A stretch of DNA of 64,000 nucleotides from Lama glama (GCA_028534125.1 CM052817.1:45882001-45946000); one strand, 5' to 3'. Shown: positions 12,809-26,120, counted from the stretch's first letter. Translations and numbers: made by a program. The notes: generated by a model from the sequence alone, not told the origin.

Positions 12809-14410
12809 CCCAGGGCAGTCTACAGATTTCATGTAATCACTATAAAAATACCAAGGACATGTTTCAAAGAACTAGAGCAAATAATTTTAAAATTTGTATG
12901 GAAGCACAAAGGACCCTGAATAGCCAAGGCAATCTTGAGAAAGAAGAACAGAGCTTGAGGAGTCACATTCCCTGATTTAGGGCTATGTACAGTAATCAAA
13001 ACAGTATGGTATTGGCACCAAAAGAGACACATTAACCCATGGAACAGAATAGAGAGCCCAGAAATAAACCCATGCACATATGGTCAATTAATCTATGACA
13101 GAGGAGGCAAGAATATGCAATCGAGAAAAGACAGTCTCTTCAATAAGTGGTGCTGGGAAAACTGGACAGCTCCATGTAAAAGAATGAAGTTGGAACATTC
13201 TGTAACACCATATACAAAAATAAACTCAGAATGAATTAAAGACCTAAATGTAAGATGGGAAACCATAAAATTCCTAAAAGAAAATGTAGTGGAAAATTCT
13301 TTGATATAAATTGTAGCAATGTTTTTTGGATCTGTTTCCTAAAGCAAAGGAAGTAAAAGCAAAAATAAACAAATGGGACCTAATTAAACTTAAAAGATTG
13401 TTGCACAGTAAAAGAAACCATAGAAAAAAACAAAAAGACAACCTACTGAATATGAGAAAATACTTGTAAATGATATGGCCAATAAAGGGTTACTATCCAA
13501 AATATATAAACAGCTCATAAAACTCAGCATCAAGAAAACAAAAAATCTAATTGAAAAATGGGCAGAAGGCCTGAAGAGACAATTTTCCAAGGAGGATGTC
13601 CAGATGGCTAACAGGCACATGAAAAGATGCTCAACATCGTTAATCATCAGAGAAATGCAAATCAAAATCACAGTGAGATATCACCTCACACCTGTTAGAA
13701 TGACTATTATCAAAAAGAACACAAATAACAAATGTTGATGAGGATATGGAGAAAAGGGAACCCTCGTACACTGTTGATGGGGTGTAGATTGGTCCAGCCA
13801 CTGTGGAAAACAGTACAGAGGTTCTCAAAAAATCGGGAAAACAACTGCCATCTGATCCAGTAGTTCCACTCCTGGGTATATATCCAAAGAAAATGAGGAC
13901 ACTAATTTGAAAAGGTACATGAACCCCAATGTTCATAACCATATTTATGGTTGTCAAGATACGGAAGCAAATTAAGTGTCCATCAACAAATGAGTGGATA
14001 AAGAAAATATGGTATACATATATACACAATGGAAAACTACTCAGCCATAAAAAGGATGAAATTTTGCCATTTGCAGGAATCTAAGGGTAAGACAAGTAGA
14101 CTCACAGATGTGGAGAACAGTGGAGAGAATGTGAGGGACAGGCAGGACATGGAGGGGGATTGGAGGAGCAGACTGCTGTGTATGGAATTAAGAAATTACA
14201 TGGATGTACTATGCAGCACAGGGAATACAGACAACATTTTGTGGTACCTATAGGTGAAATGTAACTTTTAAAGGTTATATATCATTGTGTTGTACACCTG
14301 GAATTCATATAGTATTGTACATCACTTATACCTCAATTTTTTAAAAAGACCAAAAAAAAACAAAAACCACACCCTATGTATACACATAATTAAAAAAAAA
14401 ACAAAAAACC
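12809..14410 (+). mobile_element. 5'-truncated L1: ORF2 C-terminus, 3' UTR and A-rich tail
   Basis: [11 protein letters not shown]...[34 protein letters not shown]-rich tail 14343-14408; short internal deletion in the 3' UTR near 14076. Confidence 0.95.
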
Positions 14411-14619
14411 TCTCAGTCTCCTCAGGTCCTTCTGGCATCTGACAAGTTTAGCAGCCTTAGCCATCGAATGCCTATGTCTTTTCACAAATAGGATGGGCCT
14501 TGTCTTGGGGTTGGTGGGATTACTTCCGATCCCCTCCCTAGACAAGGTGGAGAAATATGAAGGGCTTTCACCATTTCCCTATTAAGCACCTAACCAAGAA
14601 AGAATGTCATGCTAAGAAT

Positions 14620-16010
14620 TCTTGGGCTCTACTGGATGGGAATGACAAAAGGTTTTGAGCAGGCCAGAGACATGATAATCTATATCATTGAGGAAGATAA
14701 TTCTATAGGGATGTGAGCAGTAAACTGGAAAGCTTAGAAGTGAAAGAAGAAATGACGGGAGCTGGAATTGGGAGGTATAACATAAAGGCTGTGATAGACT
14801 TAACGGCATTTTGGTGAAAGAATCAACACGATTTTGTGATCTGTTGAATTTGGGGGTGTGAAAGAGGAAAGAGAGCAGACTGATGGTTGCAAACTGATGA
14901 CCAGGCAGTTCTTGGTGTGACTGAGATACGAACTGAAAGACAAGGTGAAGGTTTGGTGAGGTAGTAACATAATGACCTTGGTTTCCAAAAATGAGATGTT
15001 GAGGACTCTGGGAACATCTTTGTAGGGAACTCAGCAAGCAACTGGGATTGTAAACCTGGAGATCAAGAAAAAAGCCAGGTCAAAAACAAGAGGAGGCTTG
15101 AGCAGGAGAAAGACATAATGGAATAACAGCCTCAAGAAGAATCATCCAATAAAGAAGCTGTGGTATATCTATACAAGGAATAGTACTCAGCCATAAATAA
15201 GAATAAAATAATACCATTGGAACCAACATGGATGGACCTGGAGATCATCATTCTAAGTGAAGCAAGCCAGAGAGAGAAAGGAAAAGATACCATATGATAT
15301 CACTTATGTGGAACCTCAAATATGACACAAATGAATTTATTTACAAAACAGAAACAGACTCACAGACATAGAAAACAAGCTTATGGTTACCAGCAGGGGG
15401 AAGAGGGTGGGAAGGGATAAATTGGGAGTTCTAGATTTGCAGATACTAACTACTATATATAAAATAGATAATCACAAGTTTATACTGTACAGCACAGGGA
15501 ACTATATTCAATATCTTGTAGTAACTTATGGTGAAAAATATGAAAACAAATATATGTATGTTCATGTATGATTGAAACATTATACTGCACACCAGAAATT
15601 GACACAACATTGTAAACTAACTATAACTCAGTGAAAAAATAAAAAGAAGAATCATCCAAGAGTACTAAAGATGAACTAAAGTGCACAGGTGCTCAGGTCA
15701 TGAGGAGCTGGGAGGATCTACAGTATCTTGATGTGCAGTAATGTGGTGAAAGTGGAAATGGAGCGATAAGGGGTAAAACTTAGATCCACTTCAAAAGAAA
15801 AAAAATTGCAAGATTTGACATCATGATAGCAAGAAAGAGGTGAGGGGGGAGCTGACTTTAGGGAGAGAAGGTAAGTTCTACTGTACATTCATTGGGTTTC
15901 AGGTTGGCTATAGAACACTTAAATTAAGATGTCTTGCTAGTGGTCACAATATCTAAAGCACACACAAGGGCTGAAAATAAAGATTTTGCAAATAGGTGGA
16001 ACCTCCACAA
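14620..16010 (-). mobile_element. L2 LINE fragment interrupted by a young L1
   Basis: ggttttgagcaggccagagacatgat, gagatgttgagg..., gggctgaaaataaagattttg are purine-rich reverse L2 motifs on both sides of 15150-15643. Confidence 0.55.
15150..15643 (+). mobile_element. Young lineage-specific L1 3' end with perfect 16-bp TSD
   Basis: aagaagaatcatccaa at 15134-15149 and 15644-15659; 3' UTR ends ...caccagaaattgacacaacattgtaaact...aaaaaataaaaa. Confidence 0.95.
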
Positions 16011-18239
16011 GTGAATGGCATTTCACTACAAATACAGACAGCACACTTAGCCATCAAAGGTGCTATGAAATCCTTGAAAAGAAATGAAAATTTGTGTGTG
16101 TTACAATAAAAAAAATGCAACTCACACTCCAAACTGATTGTGCAGGAAAAAAATCTAATAAATTAATACAGTCCATTACTGATTAATTTTTCTCCCTTGA
16201 ATGCTCACATGCTAGTAAGTAGGAAAGCCAGCTAATGAAACATCCAGTCTGGGTTAAACTTAGCCCAACTGTGTAATGTAAAAAACACCTTCCAGAAACT
16301 TTCTGAATCCCTTGGAATACGAAGTTGAGGCTTTCAGTGAGTGGCCTTCTCCTCCTGGTTCTCTCATGAAGGTGGTATGCAGGGGATGAGGAAAGGGGAC
16401 CTACCTCATGTGGGTCCTTGGACTGTTCTGGTGCATATCCACTGCTATCGGGGGGCATGTCCCCTGGCCTGACTGCGATGTGTTCGGCTGGCTTTGGATG
16501 CTGAATTCTGAGGCAGGTGACCTCACCGTCCTATCTGATGGCCCAGGCATGATCTCAGGGAGCAGCAACTATCCTTTCTTGCTGACGTGACTTCTCATAT
16601 CTTATTGGCTTCTATCCCCTCCTCCCTGACCTGGCCTCTGACCCAGTGGTCCCTCACAGCCTCCACAGTGTTATCTCACTCCGCTGCAACAGGCCACATG
16701 ACAGGGCGACTAGCTCTCAACTCAGCTGCAAAGAAACTGATGCCTGCAGGGAAAGGAAGCTTTCTGGTTGGGGGTAGCTGACTATCAAGACAGAGAAGAC
16801 AGGGGCAGGGTTGTGTACTCGTGAAGCAAAAGGAGAAAAGTGAAATTTAAAATTAATACTCCCCCCACCAATATATGCTTATGTCATTTTCCGTTGAAGG
16901 TCTTTAGTTTATCAGGCCCTCAGAGTGATCTCTCATGCCCTCAAGTGTTAAGAACCTCTATAGAGATAAAGGTGGAAAAGTTTGGGTAAAACCTTGAAGG
17001 GAGCAACCACTGGAGAAAAAAGAGGGCCCAGCCATGGAACAGAAGGAAAGACCAGAGATGGGACGAGAACAAAGCAAGTGCATTGTGAGGAAAACCAAAA
17101 GAACAGAAGAAGGGAACATGTCAGGGACAGTGACCTGTGGTGGCATGTGCTACTAGGACAAAACTAAGAAAAAGTCAGAGGTTTCTATCTGTTCTCTAGA
17201 AAATATGGAAAGTTTTCCACCTTTTTGCAGACAGGACCTCTTGGAGTAAAGCTCTCAAGAGTCAGCTCTTTGTAGATGACAAAGCATATGCACAATATAC
17301 ACTTGTTACACTGTTACACTATTTAACTCCAATAGAGACCTGGCAGGAGGAGCAGGGTTAACAGTGATGGTGGGTGATGGTGGGACAGAATGGTGAGGAT
17401 GATTTGAGATTTGGATGCACTGAGGTGTTTTGTAAATGCTTGACTGAGAAGCCTAAGAAGGGCCCTCTGGTCAGTCAGGGTCACTAGGTATATACGTTTC
17501 AGACAGGCTTGTTGTCTGATTTAACTGGTTGAAATGGAGCTTCTCTTCATAATCATACTATGTTGAATAATACACATGGCAGCCCTCAGGGAGTCTAGAA
17601 CAGAAGACTTTGGGGAGTAAGAATGTGTCAATGTTGATCCAGCCTTGTCCGAGGGCAGTGTCTGGCCTCCCCTGGGGCATTCTCCCTGTGTGTGTTCCAT
17701 CATCTTAGAATTACCGTTTCCTTTCCTCTGTTCTGCTCTGCAGTGCAGGGCAGAGAACTGGAGCCTGGTTTTCCGGAATCCTTTTCTTCTTATGGCTCCA
17801 CATCAAATTTGGAAGATGGGAGGAAAGAGAAGCTCTTTCTCTCCAGCAGCAGTTCTCATTGACAGATGACAGACATAAGGTGTGTGGTGATTTCCACATG
17901 CTTTCCTGAGAATCACGTGTCTTGAGCTATAGCTTTCCTGGCCTTTGACTCCTTAACTCTTCCAGGGGTTGTCTGGGCATCTAATTTCCTGCAGAAAAAC
18001 CCTTCCAGATGGAAACCCAGGGGAGTTCTGTTTCCCTGATGGAACTCAGAATGAGGCATTGGAGCAATGACAAAAATATCAGCTTCCTTTTGCTTTAATT
18101 ATTACTCTCTTATATTTATTATTAGTTGAATTATTCAACTAATTATTATTATTTCCCATAATAATTTCAATGATCATTGTTTAATAATTGATCTTTTTAA
18201 TTATTATTATTTCCCAGAGACATTAATGCCAAAACATTA

Positions 18240-18640
18240 TTGTCTTCACCTAAAAGCAGACTTTGAGATGAGCACTTGGGAAGCAACCATTTATTTGGGA
18301 ACAAGTTCTAGGCTATACCAGTGAGGAATTGGGAAAATGAGGCAGAGAAGCTCCAGAAGAGCATGTTAGTGAGAGAATTACTGCTGTAGACAACCAATGA
18401 GCTTAATTCCTCTTGGGTCCACTGAGGAACTGTGTGGAATACCCCTCAGAAGCGTCCCACCAAGGCTTGTGTCAAGATGGCGTTTTTGTCCACAGACATC
18501 TGTCCCTCATCAGCTGAGGGTTAAACACCTTGTACTTTTGGGTTGTCCTGATCATAAGTAGAGATATGTGATGCTGGAGAAAGCCTTCAGGCAGAGAAGC
18601 AGAGAGCTGGAGTCATGTGACGGGGATTAGCATTTCTAAA
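18240..18640 (-). mobile_element. ERVL LTR (LTR16-like)
   Basis: aagcagactttgagatgag...tttatttgggaa...ccagtgaggaattgggaaaatgaggcag...cctcagaagcgtcccacc. Confidence 0.65.
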
Positions 18641-19173
18641 TCTGTGAGACTGACGTCCAGGTGGTGGTGGTGGTTTTAGCACATGGCTTCCCTGCAAGTC
18701 TGCCAGCCTCTCGCTTCTGCTTCACTGCAGTGACAGGAGTAGAAGTCAGAGTGCAGAAGGATAAGAGAGGTGGAGAGAGGAGTGGGTATAGCAAGACGTC
18801 CTAGGAGTCTGAAGGCAAGCAGTGGAAATGGCTAGACTTTAGTAGGGTCCTCAGAGAAAATCCACACACCACATCTGTGTTTATTCCCTTTCTCCTTCCT
18901 TCCTGCTCTTCTTCTCATCTTCTCTCCCTCTTCCTCCTCCTCCTGTTCTTATAATTAGTTTTAATTGAATTCATCTTTCAGATAATGCCTACCTCAAAGT
19001 TTAAGAAACCAACTCAGTTATTTTTAAAGACTTCAGCCTTAGAGTTCCCACAAAATAAAATAACATTCCTTCTTCTAAATGACCTTTCTCCAGACTGCTT
19101 TCCCCCTTCTCGGCTGAGCAAAAGCAATCACCTGTCTTTAGCAAATACACACAGAATTGCCCAACAAGTGTAG

Positions 19174-19187
19174 GTTGCCATGGAAAC
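19174..19187. promoter_or_regulatory. RFX X-box motif GTTGCCATGGAAAC
   Basis: Near-palindromic match to the X-box consensus GTTGCCATGGCAAC (13/14) in non-repeat DNA; function untested. Confidence 0.45.
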
Positions 19188-20087
19188 CAAACCAAGAGAG
19201 AATAGAGAGAGAAGGCTGAATATAAAGGAGTTGTTTGGCCTCAGTGACATTTTCCTAAAAAAAAAAAAAATTCTTTTGTCTTTGAAGATATGAACCCCAG
19301 TTCCCTTTCAGAGATATACCAGGTGAATCCTAACGACACCCCTAACCCTTAGTTTCTGTGCAGGTTAGTACTTTTTCACCAATCTTTCCTCAACTTCTTT
19401 TTCCCCTTTTTTAGGACCTTATGTAAAAGCAATTGCAAATGACCTCTGGTGGCAGCATGTGCTGGTGGAAGTGATGTGGTAGACAGGACAAGGGATTTAA
19501 AGTCAGACAGACCTGGCTGCGCATTTCAGCTTTTTGGTGATATTTTCCCATCAACATTTTGACATTGGAGATGCTACTTAAGTGTATCTTGACAATTTAT
19601 TCTGTCAGTTGAAATGCTCTCATTTTGTTTTTACAAGAAGAGCACTTCAAGGACCTGTGCATTTTCCCCTACACATCTTATTGCTCATATTCCAATCTGA
19701 GACAGATTTCCTGTTAATAATCATCATTTGCTTAGTGCTATAGTTAAAATATTCTGACCCAAGAACTCCCACCTATTTCTCCACAGCTCAGATACTTCTC
19801 AGGAAATTCATCTTCACTGCAACGACCAAGGAACATTATTATCAATGGTAATATTATTACATCAATTAGGCAAATATTGTTTCTTGAAGTTTCAAGGAGG
19901 TGGTTTTTACTGGAACTTAGGGAAGCATCGGGGGTGAGGCTGGGATAAGAAATTGTTTGCGTTCAGACCACAGAGCTTGTTAGCCAGGGGAACTTGGGCA
20001 GGTACTTACACTTTCTGCATCTCGATTTCTTTAATAAGCCACAGAATGTCTTAATTGGACTCTTGTGGGGTTTCTTTCTTCCTACTA

Positions 20088-20305
20088 TAAGCTAAGATTC
20101 TTATAGCATATAGTATGTGTCAAGAAGCGTTCTAATACTTCGCATAGGAACTCATGGAATCCTCCCCACAGCCCTGTGCACTGCTACTTAGTGTCTCCCT
20201 GCAGAGGAGACTGAAGGACATGAGGAGAACGCCTTGCCCAAGATCACACAACTAATTAAGTGGCAAATCCAGGATCTAATGCAGGAAGTCTGGCTCCAGA
20301 CTGTT
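20088..20305 (-). mobile_element. MIR SINE
   Basis: gaggagactgaag...cttgcccaagatcacacaactaattaagtggc...gtctggctccaga. Confidence 0.75.
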
Positions 20306-20319
20306 ATCATCGCTAGAGA

Positions 20320-20510
20320 ATATTTATTAAGTACTTACTAATATCCTAGATATGGTATTAAGCACTAGACAAACTCTGACTTGTTCCTCTTTGTTCCTTT
20401 ACCTATACTAACTCTATGATATAGGTACTATTACCTAGGTGCAGAGAAGGAAACAGGTTCAGAATCTGAGCTCAAGGAACTTGCCTGCAGTCCTACAATT
20501 CAGAGGCAGA
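20320..20510 (-). mobile_element. MIR SINE (second copy)
   Basis: atttattaagtacttacta...gcagagaaggaaacaggttcaga...aacttgcctgcag. Confidence 0.55.
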
Positions 20511-20699
20511 AAATATTTCTTTTGCTTATGATATTTTCTTTTCCTGGTCACCCTCTCCTTTGCCTGGTGAAATTCTCTTCATTCTTCAAGTCTCAATTTA
20601 AACATTGTTTCTTTCAGAAGTCTTGCTGAAACCCCACACTAGGCAAATTTGGACTAAAATGGACAGAGATTGCCTAAAAAAATTTTGGATCCCCTAATT

Positions 20700-21596
20700 T
20701 TTATAAGTAGGGAGAAAGCAGACTGAGAAAGCTACTTAGTTGCAAATGTGCAATTTCATATGGACAATGATGGACATCTCAGATGGTGGAGGCGAGCTTC
20801 GGAAGTGGAACCAAGAGACATAAACAATGGACAAGGTAACACTTCCTGGGAGCAGAGTTTCATGCTTACCAAGGATCATTCCTTTTCCTCTTAGTGGGGT
20901 ATCTGACAACGTATACTCAGCTGGACTTCAGAACTGCTATGGAAAAGGGACCGCTGTGTTGTCCTGATTCCTCCATTTTTGAATTAGAGTCTCTGTTATC
21001 GTTCTTTTGTCCCTGTTTTTTCATTGCACATTAAGTGCGTCAAGAGCAGTTATCTTCTCATAAGTTTGCAGGTCTCTGAACAAAGAAGGTGTGCACCCAA
21101 GATGCCACGCTCCAGGATTCCATCCACATTTAAACAGGATGCAAATTGCAAGGTATTAGACCTTGAGACTGACACCCTCTTGGATCAGACTTTGGGAATA
21201 GCCATGGGGAGGCCAGTGTATTTTGCACTGGGAATGGACTGTGGTAGGTGAGACAAAATAACCACAATATTTAGCAGTTCCTTCTATCAAGAGGCGGAAT
21301 CTATTCTCCACTCTCTAATATGGACTTACCAATGGGACTTGTTTGGCCAATGGGGCACTAGAAAACATAGTAGAGGCGGAGGCTTGAAAAGTTCTTGTGC
21401 ATTGGGGTTTGCTCCTTTTTGTTCTGGGAATCCTCCATGTGAAAAAGCCTGCATTCCTGAAGGTTGAAGTTTGATGTTAAGAAAGTCCTCATCCAGCTCT
21501 GATAGTCCAGAGAATCGTGATATAAATGAGATGGTTGTCGTTTTGAACCATTAAGTTTTGAGGTGGTTTGCTACACAACAAATGCTCAGTGATGTT
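20700..21596 (+). mobile_element. MaLR internal 3' portion plus 3' LTR (MLT1G/H-like; LTR starts about 21240)
   Basis: cagctggacttcagaactgctatgga (MLT-int), purine tract, then tgtggtagg...gaggcttgaaaagttcttgtgcattgggg...taagttttgaggtggtttgctacacaaca. Confidence 0.7.
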
Positions 21597-22529
21597 GTCT
21601 GGATTTGCACAGCTAGACAACAGGTAGAGAGGAGGGAGTTCCATTTCTATCTTTAATAACAGTATTAAGTGAGTAGTTGTTCTTAAGACAATGCAGGGAA
21701 ATCCACGTGCTATAGCAGCTTTTCTCTCCTTTCTCTGGGTTTAACTAATGCACACACACACACAAATAACTATACAAATCCAGAATGAACAAAGATCTCT
21801 AGCTGCAATAATCAGGCCTTCCAGTGAGGATTATGCTGTGAGATGATGCATTTAGAAGAAAGCTAAGATACTGAACCAACTGATGATTACACCATTGGGA
21901 TAGTCAAGAGACAAACTTAGAGCACTGAATGAAGAGTCAGAGGCAATTGCATTCATTCATTCAGTATTTTACTAGATGTCTACCATGTGATATATCTGGG
22001 TAAAGGAAAACAATATGTAATTCATTAGGGTATTGTAATTGCAGTTTAAAAATTTGCATTCTAAGGCATTTGGTATATTTGAAAGCTCTAATAAAGGGCT
22101 CAATAGTCAGGAAAGAATTCAATAAGATCAAAATTAAGTATTATCTGGGCAGTAATTTCACAGTAAATTTGGTTTAATAAAAATTTCACATGAATCCTTT
22201 TTTTAATTGACACTCAAACACTGAACTCTTTGGAAGACTGATGTCAAGGAAATAAATGTTATGCCCTGCTACTTTTAAAGGCACCTGCAATATTGTGCCT
22301 TCTATAAAGGAAATACTTTTATCCAATTTTTGCAATTTATTATTCTTTCCTGCTTTTGAGGTTGAGGAGGCATTACAGTTGTTCACAAGCTTTTTTATTT
22401 TCCCTTCAGATATAGAGCTCTTTCTTTATTCCTATTGAAAGTTTCTTAAGAATTAGGTAAAAATTAATAAGTTAAATTATTCTTAAAATTTCTTGACATT
22501 TAGAGTCTGATTCATTTAAATCATTTTTA

Positions 22530-23420
22530 AAAGTAAATTTTTTTATAACAAAATATTTACAGAGAAATTGTGAAGATAATAGGGAATTCTCTTATACCCC
22601 ACACTCAGCTTCTCCTATTATTAACATCTTATGTTAGTATCGTACAATGTTATTATTAATGAAGCAATGTTAGTATATTACTATAAACTAAAATCCATAT
22701 TTGATTTAGATTTCCTTAGCTTTTGCTTACTGTTTTTTTGTTTGTTTGTTTGTTCTAAGTTCCCATCCAGAATGCCGTATTATATTTTGTCATCGAGTTT
22801 CCTTAGACTTCTCTTGGTTGTGGCTGTTTCTCAGCCTTTTCTTGCTTTTGATGACCTGAGAAGTTTCGAGGAGTAACGTATTTTGTAGAATGTCCCTCAG
22901 GTGGAATATGTCTAATGTTTTTCTATGATTAGATTGCAATCACGCGTTGTCAAAGGAAAAATGCAGAGGTAAAGTACCATTTGCATCACACTATATCAAT
23001 AGTACACACTATCAGCATGATTTATCACTGTTGATGTTGACCTTGGTCAGCCGGCTGAGGTGGTGTTTGCCAGGTTTCTTCCTGGTCAAGTTAGTCCTCT
23101 TTGCAGCTTTTCCATAATGTATCCTTTGGAAAGAAGCCGTTTTGTGTATCCCACACATGAAAGTGAGAAGTTACGCTCCACTAGCCTGAGGGTGGAGAAT
23201 CTACATAAATTATTTGAAATTCTTCTACATAGGATATTTGTCTATTCTCCCCTATTAATTAATTAATTAATATTAGGGTGGATTCATGGATATTTATTTT
23301 ATACTTTGGGTTATAATTCATCATTACTGCTCATTTGTTGTGTTGCTTAAATTGTTCTAGCTTTGTCCAGGGGAGCTCTTTCATTTGACACCTATGTCCC
23401 TTTGACATATCAGCATCATC
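22530..23420 (-). mobile_element. Old L1 3' end (L1MD-like)
   Basis: ttttgtagaatgtccctc...gcagaggtaaagtaccattt...gttgaccttggtcagccggctgaggtggtgtttgccaggtttct. Confidence 0.8.
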
Positions 23421-23731
23421 GTGGGGTCTTTTGCTTATTCAAAGTTTCAGAGAAACAAGCTCTCTATAAATCTCATTTTAACTTGGCACGTTCTTTTTCT
23501 ATTCCTGTTTCTGTTTCTGTCATGTCTCTGCCTCTCTCTCTTTCTCTCTCTCTTCTCTTTTTCTTTCTGTTCCTTTTATTCATTATGATGTGAAAGTAAG
23601 AAGGGGTATGTGATCTCAAATTTTGCTGTTGAAGCTAAGTTAATTCTCCTTGAAGCTTAGCCGGTGCTTCCCAAATATTATTCTGCAAAAGTATAATCTG
23701 GAGTGTTTTTTAAAATTGCAGACTCTTCCTC

Positions 23732-24134
23732 TGCTGTGAACTGCACTTATGTCCTCCACAAATTCATATGTTGAAGTCTTCACTCCTACTGTGACTGTAT
23801 TTGGAGATAAAGCTTTTAGGAGGTAATTAAGGGTAAATGCAGTCAAAAGGGTGAGTTCTAATCTGATAGGACTGGTAATTTTATAAGAAAAAGAAGAGAG
23901 GGAGATCTCTCTCTTTCTCTCTCTCTCTCTCCACAGATGCCTCAGGAAAGGCCGTGTGAGGACACAGTGAGTAGGCAGCCATCTGCAAGTGGGGAAGAGA
24001 GCTCTCACCAGAAATCAAACTGGCCAGCACTTTGATCCTGGACATCTCAGCTTCCAGAACTTTGAGAAAATAGATTTCTGTTTTTAAAGCCACCTGGTAT
24101 ACGGTATTTTATTATGGGAGTCTGAGCTAACGCA
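23732..24134 (+). mobile_element. MaLR solo LTR (MLT1A0-like) with 5-bp TSD
   Basis: tg...ca termini; TSD tcctc at 23727-23731 and 24135-24139; aaattcatatgttgaagtc, aggccgtgtgaggacacag, ctctcaccagaa. Confidence 0.9.
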
Positions 24135-24532
24135 TCCTCTCCCTCCCCCCACTACAGCCAACATTTTGATTTTTCAGGCGATGGAAGGGGCACGTAAGGA
24201 CTCTGCACATTAACAAGCACCTCAGGAGATGCTGACAGAGTTTCTTTAAGGCTTTGCCTTGAAAAGCAGTGTCTCTAACAGTGGAGGAAGAGCATTTGTT
24301 ACACTCTTTCCTGAGGGCAGGTAGCTGTTCTGATACACACGTTTTCTTTTTCTTTTCTGGTGGCTTATAGTAATCAAACACAATATAACTTACCTACTGT
24401 TTGTCATAAAAGGGATGTAGATTTCAGGAATTTACAACACAAAATCTGCTTTATCACAGGACAAACACTAATATATTCCAGATTTCTGCTCAGAGTTAGC
24501 TTTAACGTTTTTGTATGGAATGTACATGAAGT

Positions 24533-25156
24533 CGTCACTGAACCACACTTGGGTCTGCTTGCCCACGTGCAGCAAAGCCCATCTACTGACCTCAGGCTGT
24601 GATGGAGGAAAGCGCAGCACTTATTCTAGGCACCAAGCAAGGAGTCCAGGTCACCAGTGCTTAAAAGGTCCAAACTCCCTGAAGGCTTTTTAAGGACGAG
24701 GTGACGGAGGAGGGTTGTGGGGGGCGTGACCAGCTCGTAGGCATTCTTCTGATTGGTTTGAGGTGAGGTAATCGGGAGTCAGCATCATCAACCTTCTGGT
24801 TCCAGCCAGTTTGGGGTCTACCTGAGTGTGGGCAGCATACAGTTAAATTCTTCCACCTGGTGGGGGTTTCAGTATGTGCAAAACAGCTCAAAAGATGTGG
24901 CTCAAAATATTATCTACAGCCCTTGAGCAGGAACTAAAGGTCCTTGACTTTGTTTAATGGCTAAACTATTATTATTTTGTCTTGTTTGGCTATTTTCCTT
25001 TCTTTCCACAGTTTCTCATTTCTCTGATTAAATTTACCCTTTGGAACTCAGGGAAGGCCTAGAAAGCTAAAGTTTTTCTACAGACAAGAAGCAAGCAGAG
25101 GACATGAGTGGGGAAGTTTGTTCTGGGAAGACCCCATAGGGTCCTGCTCTGTTACA
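24533..25156 (-). mobile_element. ERV1-class solo LTR
   Basis: (c)gtcactgaacc...ctctgttaca termini; flanks aagt/aatt (3/4 match, 4-bp TSD); reverse CCAAT in ttctgattgg; ggaactaaaggtccttgactttg. Confidence 0.8.
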
Positions 25157-25204
25157 AATTCTGTTTTTTTCCTGGAGAGTATGGAGTTGTTAAAGACCAA
25201 AAGC

Positions 25205-25380
25205 CATAGCATTTTAGGGCTAAAAAGGGTCTGAGAAATTGTTAGTTCCAGTCCTTTTTCCCCTTCATGTACAGAAAAAAGAACAACCTAGGAGTTGTAG
25301 AGAATTGGATTATCCAAGTTCACATGATTATTGTTGGAGGAGTTAGGTCTAAAGCTTGTTTTCCCAGTGGGAGATTGTTC
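25205..25380 (-). mobile_element. MIR3/MIRc-like SINE
   Basis: catagcattttagggctaaaaagggtctgagaa...catgtacagaa...ccaagttcacatg. Confidence 0.5.
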
Positions 25381-25842
25381 CATTAAGACAGTCACAATTT
25401 AATACAATTGGTTTAAGTAGGTTATTGTGAAATAGATGATTTTGGATTACTCTTTCTGTTTTCATATTTTTATATCAAGGTATAATTAATTGCACTTGGG
25501 TTTCAGGATTATAGCTTTTGTTAGTTATAAAAATAGATGCTATAAAATATCATGTTTCCCACTTGAAGTTCTGTTGTGTAAGTTACATTTAAATTAACTA
25601 TTAAAAATATTAAAATTGACACAGCTTTTGGCTTAGACAAGCTTAATCTGAGTACAGTTAGCAAAGGTGGCTTCTAGTTTGATACAGGCAAATAAATGTA
25701 GAAGGATCCAGACTTGGAAAGGGAAGGGGGGTGCGCAGAAATCTCGTGATAGGCATGCTCCTGGGGGAAGCCCTTGTTCATTTAAAATTGGGCAATATTA
25801 ACGATGATACATAATGAGACACAATTCATATCCTATTTGGGG

Positions 25843-25929
25843 ATGCTTCATAAAATGCAACCAACTGGAAGAAGAAACACCACCTTGGTTCAACATTACA
25901 CAGAGCTCAAGGCAACACTGATTCCAGAT
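25843..25929 (+). repeat. 87-bp dispersed direct repeat, copy 1
   Basis: Ungapped hand alignment to 26884-26970: first 24 nt identical, about 18 mismatches over 87 nt. Confidence 0.9.
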
Positions 25930-25964
25930 GAGCCTGGAGCTGTGAGATGCATTTTCTGGCTGTT

Positions 25965-26120
25965 TAAAGATCACTGGACTAGTTTTGAGTCTTAGCTTTC
26001 CCTACACTAGTTTTGTGATCTTGAGGAAGACACTTAACTTCTCTTGTCTTCAGTTTTCTCATCTGTAAATTGAGGGGGTTGGTTTTAACATCATTAATAA
26101 CGCTTCCCGTTTAAAGATAC
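25965..26120 (+). mobile_element. MIR SINE
   Basis: gtgatcttgaggaagacacttaacttctcttgtcttcagttttctcatctgtaaattgagg. Confidence 0.75.

Noticed and set aside
16090..16830. Possible degenerate LTR
   Set aside because: Only vague MaLR-like motifs; I could not define termini or a family
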